Assembly (NCBI GenBank): GCA_016763235.1
Contig: JAESUE010000045.1
Coordinates: 1 to 33,361, forward strand
DNA: 33,361 nt
DNA from: Pseudomonadales bacterium
Lineage (GTDB): Bacteria > Pseudomonadota > Gammaproteobacteria > Pseudomonadales > UBA3067
Direction of reading: 5' to 3'
The position numbers were made by a program, and so were the translations under genes. A model generated the notes under the pieces. That model made no database searches and was not told the DNA's origin. It was given only the letters and a program-made list of their open reading frames with translations. How positions within the stretch are numbered: position 1 is the first letter of the stretch; each line of letters begins with the position of its first letter. Shown here piece by piece: positions 25,960 to 33,361 of this stretch.

Positions 25960-27114
25960 TTATGGGCGAAGCCCCGGTGGCGCAGCCAATGTTACTTTAA
26001 CGGTTCGCTTTTCACCGGCCCTTTGCACAAGTATTCGCACAGTATCGCCAGAGTGACGATTTTCCAACATCGTTAATAGCTCGTCATTGTTATAAATGGC
26101 CTGATCATCAAAAGCAACAATCACATCCCCTAGGAGCAGTTTTCCATATTTATTGCGTCCAAGCCCCCTCATTCCGGCCTGTTGGGCTGGTAAGCCATTG
26201 AGGACACGCATCACGACAACACCTTGGATTTTATTCCACCTTGCCCACTGGTCTGTTGCAGTTTCCACCCCTAATACCGGTCTTTGCACCCGACCATATT
26301 TAATCAATTGAGGAACGGTTTTCTTTACCGTATTAACAGGTATTGCGAAACCAATGCCTACGCTACTGCCATTGGGGCTGTAAATAGCCGTATTAACCCC
26401 AATTAAGCGCCCAGATGAGTCCAGCAAGGGGCCGCCGGAATTACCGGGGTTAATGGCCGCATCCGTTTGAATCACACCGCCTATTTTCCGTTTCGTAACG
26501 GATTTAATTTCTCTGCCTAATGCACTGATCACACCCACTGTAAGGGTTGTATCCAAACCAAATGGGTTGCCAATCGCCAATACTTTTTGACCGACATCCA
26601 ACATATTGGAATCACCAAAAACCAAGGGCTGTAGTTTTTCTCTAGGAGCATCAATTTTGAGCACTGCCAAATCTTTATCGGCTGCGATTCCCACTAATTT
26701 AGCATCCCAGGTACTATGATCCGAGAGTGTAATTTGAACACGGTTCGCACCGTGGATAACATGATAGTTAGTCACGATGTAGCCGTTTTTATCCCAGATA
26801 TAACCGCTACCGGAGCCTTTTGGAACCTCCATAGCCCTCAATGAAAAAACATTGCGCTGGATGGCTGTATTGGTCACAAAAACAACAGACGGACTAGCAG
26901 CGCGAAAGATATCGATGCTGTTCCGCTCAGACGCTAACGCGGCCTCAGGGGTATAAGCTGTCAGTGTTGCGCTATCACCGAAGTCATATCGCAGCAAAAC
27001 AACACAAAAAATAATCAGTAAAAGGGCGAGTGAGAATTGTATTCTGGTACGCATACCTTGCTTAACTCGAACAGGTTCAGGATGATAGACAAAACCAACA
27101 TGAACATTGGCCAT
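25960..27114 (-). CDS. S1C (HtrA/DegP-family) trypsin-like serine protease with one PDZ domain; start uncertain (27114 or 27054)
   Basis: The catalytic triad context is present (TNYHV, DLAVLK, GNSGGPL), followed by a C-terminal PDZ-like region. It has an N-terminal TM anchor. Neither candidate ATG has a strong Shine-Dalgarno. Confidence 0.85.
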   Translation of the reverse strand: MANVHVGFVYHPEPVRVKQGMRTRIQFSLALLLIIFCVVLLRYDFGDSATLTAYTPEAALASERNSIDIFRAASPSVVFVTNTAIQRNVFSLRAMEVPKGSGSGYIWDKNGYIVTNYHVIHGANRVQITLSDHSTWDAKLVGIAADKDLAVLKIDAPREKLQPLVFGDSNMLDVGQKVLAIGNPFGLDTTLTVGVISALGREIKSVTKRKIGGVIQTDAAINPGNSGGPLLDSSGRLIGVNTAIYSPNGSSVGIGFAIPVNTVKKTVPQLIKYGRVQRPVLGVETATDQWARWNKIQGVVVMRVLNGLPAQQAGMRGLGRNKYGKLLLGDVIVAFDDQAIYNNDELLTMLENRHSGDTVRILVQRAGEKRTVKVTLAAPPGLRP

Positions 27115-27170
27115 AAAAGTATCCGGTCTATAATACCTGAACTATTCGAGATGACAGAGTTCTTATTAAC

Positions 27171-28649
27171 ATGCCAACCCAAGCCAAAACCCATAAACAA
27201 GCACTGTCACGAAGCAAAGTGTTAGCGACCCTCTGTCTGCCCCTTATATTAACGGGCTGTTACTCACTAAAAAGCCCTCCTCCTGAAGCAGAAAGACCAC
27301 TGCCTTTTATCACGCCGAATACCTGGAATATAAACAAGCAAAGTGACGCTTCTAATGACAAAACCACCACGCTATCCCTAACGAACTACTTTGGCGCTCA
27401 TTTCCCTGGTTTTGATTACGACATATTGATCAAGTCAGCACTGGCGGGCAACTATGCACTGCGCCAGTTAGACACCCAACTTGATTCCCAAATCGCAAAA
27501 CATCGACTAGAAAGAGCTGGCTTGTGGCCATCGCTCAATGCAGGCCTAAATTCTCAGAATAACCACCTTGAGAGCACCTCATCCAAACTTTTTTCGCTAC
27601 AAGGGAATGTGAGCTGGACGGTGGATCTTTGGGGTACACAACGGCTTCTCACTCGCGCAGCTAAAAATAGTGTAGAAGAGGCAAGCTTATCAAAAGATGC
27701 GGCGCGATTATCCGTGGCCGCTGCCACACTGCAGAACTGGTTTGACTGGCGCTCAAAGAAAAAACTCCAGCAACTACAAAGTGATTTTGTGGCAACGCTG
27801 GAAACTAGCTTCCAGCTGGTGGAAAATCGCTTCAATACAGGCTTGGCTAGTTTGCTTGAAGTTCGGCTCGCACACACAGAAATCGCACTCGCCCGTACTG
27901 ACCTACTGCAAAAAAACAGCAACGCTATTAATAGTTATTCGAAACTGCTAGAAATATTAGGAGAAGAGTACCTGTCCTTGGAAGAGAACCCCCTGTTTGA
28001 CGATTTATCACCTTCCTTACCAGAAGAGGCAAGCCCCCTGCCTGCATACCTTCCGGCAGATATCATCCGCCAACGACCAGATCTGCTTGCTGCAGAAAGG
28101 CGCTTAAAAAGCCAAGAGCTACAGCTGCTTTCAAGTAAAAAGGCATGGCTCCCGACCCTAAACCTTAACGGTAGCAAAGGGCTGCAAGATCAAAGCCTGA
28201 ATAATCTGCTCAAAAATGGTTTAAGCGTTAGCGCTATTACATTCAACTTGTTGCAACCTGTTTTTAATGCTGGAGCCATCAAGGCAAAGCAAGCACAGGT
28301 GCGCGCATCTGCATCCAAAGAGCTTTATGCTTATAGCGAAATTTTACACCGGGCAATGATTGAAGTGAATCGTTTGCTCCAGCAAGATGCTCTTCTAAAA
28401 CAGCAAATGGAGGCAGCCAAATTCGCCGCAGCTTTAGCGACTGAAACCCAATCCCTTGCCAAGCGAAATTACAACACAGGGTTAACCGATTTGAATACAT
28501 TTTTGAACACGCACAGAAATAGTATTAATACCGAAACTCGGCTGATAAACACCACCAATGACTGGCTACAGAACCGTGTAAATTTGCTATTGGCATTAGG
28601 CGCAAATCCAAATTTTTCTCAGCATCACGCCACTGCAACTCCCTCATAA
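27171..28649 (+). CDS. Efflux outer-membrane factor, NodT/TolC-family lipoprotein
   Basis: The 492-aa ORF has a lipobox LILTG|C and two TolC-like repeats (WPSLNAG..., RPDLLAAERRL...). It is the first gene of the efflux operon. Confidence 0.88.
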   Translation: MPTQAKTHKQALSRSKVLATLCLPLILTGCYSLKSPPPEAERPLPFITPNTWNINKQSDASNDKTTTLSLTNYFGAHFPGFDYDILIKSALAGNYALRQLDTQLDSQIAKHRLERAGLWPSLNAGLNSQNNHLESTSSKLFSLQGNVSWTVDLWGTQRLLTRAAKNSVEEASLSKDAARLSVAAATLQNWFDWRSKKKLQQLQSDFVATLETSFQLVENRFNTGLASLLEVRLAHTEIALARTDLLQKNSNAINSYSKLLEILGEEYLSLEENPLFDDLSPSLPEEASPLPAYLPADIIRQRPDLLAAERRLKSQELQLLSSKKAWLPTLNLNGSKGLQDQSLNNLLKNGLSVSAITFNLLQPVFNAGAIKAKQAQVRASASKELYAYSEILHRAMIEVNRLLQQDALLKQQMEAAKFAAALATETQSLAKRNYNTGLTDLNTFLNTHRNSINTETRLINTTNDWLQNRVNLLLALGANPNFSQHHATATPS

Positions 28650-28681
28650 AAAGCACCGTTTTGAGAAAATGACAAACTATT

Positions 28682-29869
28682 ATGAAACAAAACAAAAAGA
28701 AGATTATTTTAACATTATCCCCCTTTATGATTATTGCCATTGCCATTATTTCTGCGTTTGGCATGGTAAAAAGCAAACCTGAATTAAAATCCCCACCGGT
28801 TAACATTCCCGCCCCATTGGTAGAAATTCAGCAGGTAAAATTTGAGTCGTCGAGAGTTTCGGTGAATAGCCAGGGAACCGTAGACCCGAAACAAAAAACC
28901 CAACTCATCAGCGAGGTAAGCGGTCGGGTTATCTGGGTTTCAGAAAAATTCAAAAATGGAAATTTTATATCTAAAAATGAAGAGCTGTTACACATTGACG
29001 TTCTAGATTATGAATTAGCACTCGCCCTTGCAAACGCAAACCTTCGTGATGCAGAGCTTAAACTGATGGAAGAAGAAGTAAGAGCAAAACAAGCAGAATC
29101 CGATTGGAAACTCGCACAAAAACTAAACCCTCAAGCAAACAGAAAAGCGACAGCTCTGACACTGAGAAAACCTCACTTAGCCAGCGCATTGGCATCCTTA
29201 GAGGCAAAAAAAGCACACGTAAAAATAGCGCAAAGAAACCTCCTGCGCACACGTATTACAGCGCCATTCAACGCTATTGTTGACGGTAAATCTGTGGATA
29301 TTGGCCAGTACCTTACCCTTGGCGCTCCTATAGCTCAGTTACTTTCATCCGATGAAGCCGAAGTCCGTCTGCCTTTATCCCAAAAGGATATCGAAAAGCT
29401 TGAAGAGCAAGGAGTCAATGCACCCGCCGAAATCACTTTATTAGATTCAGGGTCTACGTTGAAGTGGTCAGCAATTATTTCCCGAATTGAAAAAAAACTC
29501 GACCCCTCTACGCGTGAGCAATATGTCATTGCAAGTATTCAGGATCCCTATAATTTAAACAAAAAGCATTTCACTGCACTCTCACTAGGCACCTTTGTTA
29601 ATGTATCTATATTGGGGAAGTCCTACAAACAAGTCGTTAAAGTACCCCGTTACGCCCTGCACAATAATGGCCAGCTATTTACAGTAAATGAAAGCGATAC
29701 ACTGGTTTTAAATGATATAGATTTCATCCCTTTGGATGACAAGTACTTGCTTGTAAAAAATGGCCTCGATGAAGGAGATAAACTGGTTTTAACCCGGCTC
29801 CCCCTTATGACTGAAAATATGCAAGTAAGGGTTTCCGTAATAAACACCAACGATGCGGAGCCTCGCTAA
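28682..29869 (+). CDS. Efflux RND periplasmic adaptor (membrane-fusion protein, HlyD-like)
   Basis: The 395-aa ORF has an N-terminal TM anchor, a coiled-coil hairpin region and a lipoyl/beta-barrel pattern (ITAPFNAIVDGKSVDIGQY). Confidence 0.88.
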   Translation: MKQNKKKIILTLSPFMIIAIAIISAFGMVKSKPELKSPPVNIPAPLVEIQQVKFESSRVSVNSQGTVDPKQKTQLISEVSGRVIWVSEKFKNGNFISKNEELLHIDVLDYELALALANANLRDAELKLMEEEVRAKQAESDWKLAQKLNPQANRKATALTLRKPHLASALASLEAKKAHVKIAQRNLLRTRITAPFNAIVDGKSVDIGQYLTLGAPIAQLLSSDEAEVRLPLSQKDIEKLEEQGVNAPAEITLLDSGSTLKWSAIISRIEKKLDPSTREQYVIASIQDPYNLNKKHFTALSLGTFVNVSILGKSYKQVVKVPRYALHNNGQLFTVNESDTLVLNDIDFIPLDDKYLLVKNGLDEGDKLVLTRLPLMTENMQVRVSVINTNDAEPR

Positions 29870-29870
29870 C

Positions 29871-32800
29871 ATGAATCAGCAACCCATAGCACACCAAGGA
29901 ATCGTTGCGTGGATGGCGCATAACCCCGTTGCCGCAAATTTATTAATGCTAGTGGTATTTTTACTGGGGCTTTTTTCCGTTAACAATATCAAGAAAGAGG
30001 TTTTCCCCACTTTTCCTGCTGAGGTATTGACCATCGTCGTACCCTACCCTGGCGGTTCGCCAGAAGAAGTGGAAGAAAGCATTCTACTAAAAGTAGAAGA
30101 AGCCATTGAAGATATTGATGGATTAAAGGAGATCCGTTCTCAAGCGACTTCCAGTGCCGGTACCGTCACGGTCATTATTAACCCCGGACAAAACATCAAT
30201 GATATTCTCAACAAAGTCACTGTGCGGGTTAACGGCATTAGCAGTTTTCCGGCTAATGCTGAAAAGCCCATTATTACCGAGCGTTTAAGCCGCAGTAATG
30301 TTATCCGCCTTTCTGTGTATGGCGCATTAGAGGAGAGCCAGCTTAAAGAGTTGGCCGATGAAATTCGTAATGAGCTTCTAGCAACGGATGAAATAACACA
30401 GGTCGATATTGGCGGCACAAGGAACTACGAGATTTCCCTAGAGCTTTCTAAACAACAACTTCTCAAACATCATTTAAGTTTCGATGACGTCGTAACGGCT
30501 ATTCGCGCACAATCTATAAACTTACCCAGTGGCATTATTCGCAGTGACAACGGCACTTTAAGTATTCGCACCGAAAATCAAGCCTACGATGCATCCGCCT
30601 TCAAAGAATTTATTTTAATTTCCCGTGCTGATGGCACGCGGATAAAACTCGAAGATATCGCAACGATTAAAGATGGATTCGAAGAACAGCCCATACTAAG
30701 TGAATTAAATGGTTTTCCTGCGATCAATCTAAGCATCTACAGCATCGGCAAACAAAATGCGTTGGATATTAGTGAGCGAGTTAACCGCTATGCTGAAGAA
30801 AAAAGTCTGGAGCTACCGAAAACCGTCAAACTCGCCGCTTGGGCAGACCGATCTAGGATACTCAAAAGTCGCATCAACTTATTGCTCAAAAATGCTGTGC
30901 AAGGCGGCATACTGGTGATGATTACACTGGCGTTATTTCTTCATCCAGCCGTGGCGCTCTGGGTCATACTAGGTGTTCCATTCGCTTTTTTGGGTACACT
31001 GTTTTTAATTGGCACCCCTCTCATCGATGTATCGATTAATGTTATTTCTCTGTTCGGATTTATTCTAGTTCTGGGTATTGTTGTTGACGATGCCATTATT
31101 ACTGCCGAAAGTGCTTACGCCGTGCTTGAAGAGGAGGACCAAGGAATTGATAGTGTCCTAAAAGGTGTAAAGCGCGTAACGCAAGCCACCGTGTTTGGTG
31201 TTATCACCACGGTTATTGCCTTTAGTCCGATGTTATTTGTGCAATCAGGAATGGGCCGACTTTTTAGCGTGATGTCCCCTGTCGTCATTTTATGCTTGAT
31301 ACTCTCTCTTGTTGAAACAAAGCTCATTCTCCCTGCACACTTAAAGCACGTAAGAACAAAGCCAAAACCAGAGAGTGAAGCCAAGAATAGCTGGGTTTTC
31401 CCACTGAATTTTTTACAATCCAGTCTTGCCTATTTTTCATCCCACCTAAGGCGCATTCAACAAGCGGTCAACCAAGGGATGCAAGCATTTATCAAAGGCG
31501 TCTATTTACCTTTACTCAACACCGCTGTGCAATACCGCTATATTACTACCGCCATTTTTCTCTCTATGCTAATCGTCACGGCGGCAATGCTGCCCAGTGG
31601 CTGGGTGCGTTTTGTCTTCTTCCCTAATGTGCCTTCCGACACAATTCGCGCCACCCTTGAAATGCCTGTTGGAACCTCTTACAAGCTAACCCACGCCTAC
31701 GCTGAGCGTATCAGCGCTGCAGCAATCACCCTTAATGATGAACTGGTTAGCGAGCTGAATTCAGATAGCAACGTAATCAGGCACACTAGCACTGAATCAA
31801 ACAACGATACCCAGGCGAGCTTTCTCGCTGAATTAACACCTTCCACAGAACGAGAAGTCAGCTCCATTAAAATTGCTAATCGTTGGCGCGAGTTAGTAGG
31901 CGAGTTACCCGGCATAAAAGAGCTAAGTTTTGAAGCCCGTATTGGTCACATTGGCAGTGCTATAGATATACAAATCAGAGGGGAAGACCTGCAGGAACTC
32001 AGAAGTGCAGCCAAAGACCTCTCTCAAGGACTACAAGGCTATGAAGGCGTGTTTGATGTGCATGACACCTTCGGCAGTGGTGGAACTGAAATCCACATCA
32101 AATTAAACCACCTAGGTGAATCCCTAGGGCTCAAGCAACAAGAGCTCGCACGACAGGTAAGGCAAGCGATTTTCGGCGCAGAAATACAACGCGTACAACG
32201 TGGTCGCCATGAAGTAAGGGTATACACTCGCTACCCGGAAGCCGACAGAAATAGCATTGATACGCTCCACAAGCTGTGGGTACGACTACCCAGTGGGGCA
32301 GACATCCCCTTCAACAAGGTGGCCACCTTGGAATCCAAACCGGGTATCAGTACTATTTACCGTATGAACCGGCAGCGTACCGTGAACGTCAAGGCCGATG
32401 TCGATAAAACACAGGTTGAACCAGGGCAAATTGTAAAACAACTTCACACTGAAATATTTCCTAAATTATTGCAGAAATATCCCAGCATCCACTTCGTTTT
32501 GGAAGGCGAGGCAAAAGATCAGTCTGATAATATTGAGGCTCTATCAACGGGTTTTGCCATCGTGCTTATTCTGATTTATGCGGCCCTGGCTATTCCTCTG
32601 CGATCGTATTTCCAACCACTTTATATTATGTCAGCGATCCCTTTTGGAATGGTGGGAGCAATAATCGGGCACTACCTAACCGGTAAATCACTGAGTATTT
32701 TATCCATTATCGGAATCATCGCGCTTTCAGGGATTGTCGTTAACGATGCGCTGGTTCTTGTGGATGACATTAATCAACGCATAAAATCAGGGGTACCCAA

Positions 32801-33068
32801 GCTAGACGCTGTAATTCATGCGGGTGAACGACGCTTTAGGGCGGTGATTCTCACATCACTCACCACCTTTATGAGTTTAATTCCACTTCTGCTCGAAAAA
32901 TCGATTCAAGCACAATTCCTTATACCGATGGCCACCTCCGTGGCTTTTGGAGTTCTATTTGCGACAAGCGTAACCCTTATTTTGTTACCCGTGTTGTTTT
33001 ACGTGATAGACGATATCACCCGTTTTTTTACTGGTTCATCAACTAGAAATAATAAACGGTCAAGCTAA
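29871..33068 (+). CDS. RND-family efflux permease (AcrB/AcrD/AcrF superfamily, HAE-like)
   Basis: The ~1065-aa protein has 12 TM segments with two large periplasmic loops. TM4 reads LGIVVDDAIITAE and TM10 reads GIVVNDALVLVD. I start it at the ATG at 29871, with GGAG ~10 nt upstream and 1 nt after the adaptor stop, rather than at 29853. Confidence 0.92.
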   Translation: MNQQPIAHQGIVAWMAHNPVAANLLMLVVFLLGLFSVNNIKKEVFPTFPAEVLTIVVPYPGGSPEEVEESILLKVEEAIEDIDGLKEIRSQATSSAGTVTVIINPGQNINDILNKVTVRVNGISSFPANAEKPIITERLSRSNVIRLSVYGALEESQLKELADEIRNELLATDEITQVDIGGTRNYEISLELSKQQLLKHHLSFDDVVTAIRAQSINLPSGIIRSDNGTLSIRTENQAYDASAFKEFILISRADGTRIKLEDIATIKDGFEEQPILSELNGFPAINLSIYSIGKQNALDISERVNRYAEEKSLELPKTVKLAAWADRSRILKSRINLLLKNAVQGGILVMITLALFLHPAVALWVILGVPFAFLGTLFLIGTPLIDVSINVISLFGFILVLGIVVDDAIITAESAYAVLEEEDQGIDSVLKGVKRVTQATVFGVITTVIAFSPMLFVQSGMGRLFSVMSPVVILCLILSLVETKLILPAHLKHVRTKPKPESEAKNSWVFPLNFLQSSLAYFSSHLRRIQQAVNQGMQAFIKGVYLPLLNTAVQYRYITTAIFLSMLIVTAAMLPSGWVRFVFFPNVPSDTIRATLEMPVGTSYKLTHAYAERISAAAITLNDELVSELNSDSNVIRHTSTESNNDTQASFLAELTPSTEREVSSIKIANRWRELVGELPGIKELSFEARIGHIGSAIDIQIRGEDLQELRSAAKDLSQGLQGYEGVFDVHDTFGSGGTEIHIKLNHLGESLGLKQQELARQVRQAIFGAEIQRVQRGRHEVRVYTRYPEADRNSIDTLHKLWVRLPSGADIPFNKVATLESKPGISTIYRMNRQRTVNVKADVDKTQVEPGQIVKQLHTEIFPKLLQKYPSIHFVLEGEAKDQSDNIEALSTGFAIVLILIYAALAIPLRSYFQPLYIMSAIPFGMVGAIIGHYLTGKSLSILSIIGIIALSGIVVNDALVLVDDINQRIKSGVPKLDAVIHAGERRFRAVILTSLTTFMSLIPLLLEKSIQAQFLIPMATSVAFGVLFATSVTLILLPVLFYVIDDITRFFTGSSTRNNKRSS

Positions 33069-33281
33069 GTGTGATTTTTTGGGACTGACACCCTATATTT
33101 GTACTTTTTGCAAATAAGCCCCCATAAGTCAAACTTTTAACAGAAAAAATGTAATAAAATTACAAATTGTAACCTAACACCACAATGTGTCGCTGTAATC
33201 ATATGGAGATTTTCATATGGAGATGATAGATTGCGCACAAATATTTACCAAAGTGTAATAAGTATACAAGCACGTTATTTC

Positions 33282-33361
33282 GTAACTACTCAGCGAACTC
33301 TGTAACTGCTCAGATTGCGTTCAAATTTGGGCAGAACAAGGCGAAAAATGTGAGTTTATAC
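33282..33361 (+). mobile_element. MITE-like mosaic repeat (copy j), truncated by the window edge
   Basis: The sequence gtaactactcagcgaactctgtaactgctcagattgcgttcaaatttgggcagaacaaggcgaaaaatgtgagtttatac is nearly identical to the first 79-80 nt of copy d. Confidence 0.85.

Noticed and set aside
1-33361. A search for a novel multi-gene system (defence, toxin-antitoxin, secretion, biosynthetic, retron or other reverse-transcriptase-based, phage-derived).
   Set aside because: Every multi-gene cluster here has a conventional assignment (rml, cop, leu-asd, RND efflux). There are no nucleases, helicases, reverse transcriptases, integrases, ATPase/NTPase pairs of unknown function or small toxin-like hydrophobic ORFs. 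Claiming a new system from this window would be over-interpretation. The repeat families are the only clearly unexplained structure.

Overview
This window looks like ordinary core chromosome from a moderately AT-rich gammaproteobacterium. That assignment is an inference from gene content and order only. I support 27 protein-coding genes: the rmlA 3' end with rmlC and rmlD, an SDR, mrp/apbC (frameshifted), an orphan lipoprotein, a SAM methyltransferase, a crotonase, an MBL-fold hydrolase, csoR-copZ-copA, a LysR regulator, ppiA, a second SDR, a NUDIX protein, an EamA transporter, the leuC-leuD-leuB-asd operon with a divergent LysR, two tiny ORFs, fabV, an HtrA-like protease and an OMF-MFP-RND efflux operon. 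I see no rRNA, tRNA, CRISPR, prophage, defence, secretion or biosynthetic cluster, and I found no convincing new multi-gene system. The unusual content is mostly non-coding. (1) A mosaic palindromic repeat family with GTAAC...GTTAC termini has 10 copies in 33 kb in three or more length classes (23, 47-48, 68, 91 and 141 bp). Several copies carry perfect or near-perfect 8-bp target-site duplications, so it behaves as a MITE family rather than REP, CRISPR or attC. (2) A second small palindromic family (GGGCAGCTCTAAAAAT arms) occurs at two loci, and one copy supplies the last codons and stop of csoR. (3) mrp/apbC is split by a one-base frameshift exactly at an A_AAA_AAG heptamer. This could be a homopolymer sequencing error, a pseudogene or -1 recoding. 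(4) An AT-rich orphan lipoprotein gene has a SPOR-like C-terminus. (5) A gene-poor 1.3-kb stretch lies between the leu-associated LysR gene and fabV. All coordinates and alignments were done by eye from the sequence, and no database searches were possible.
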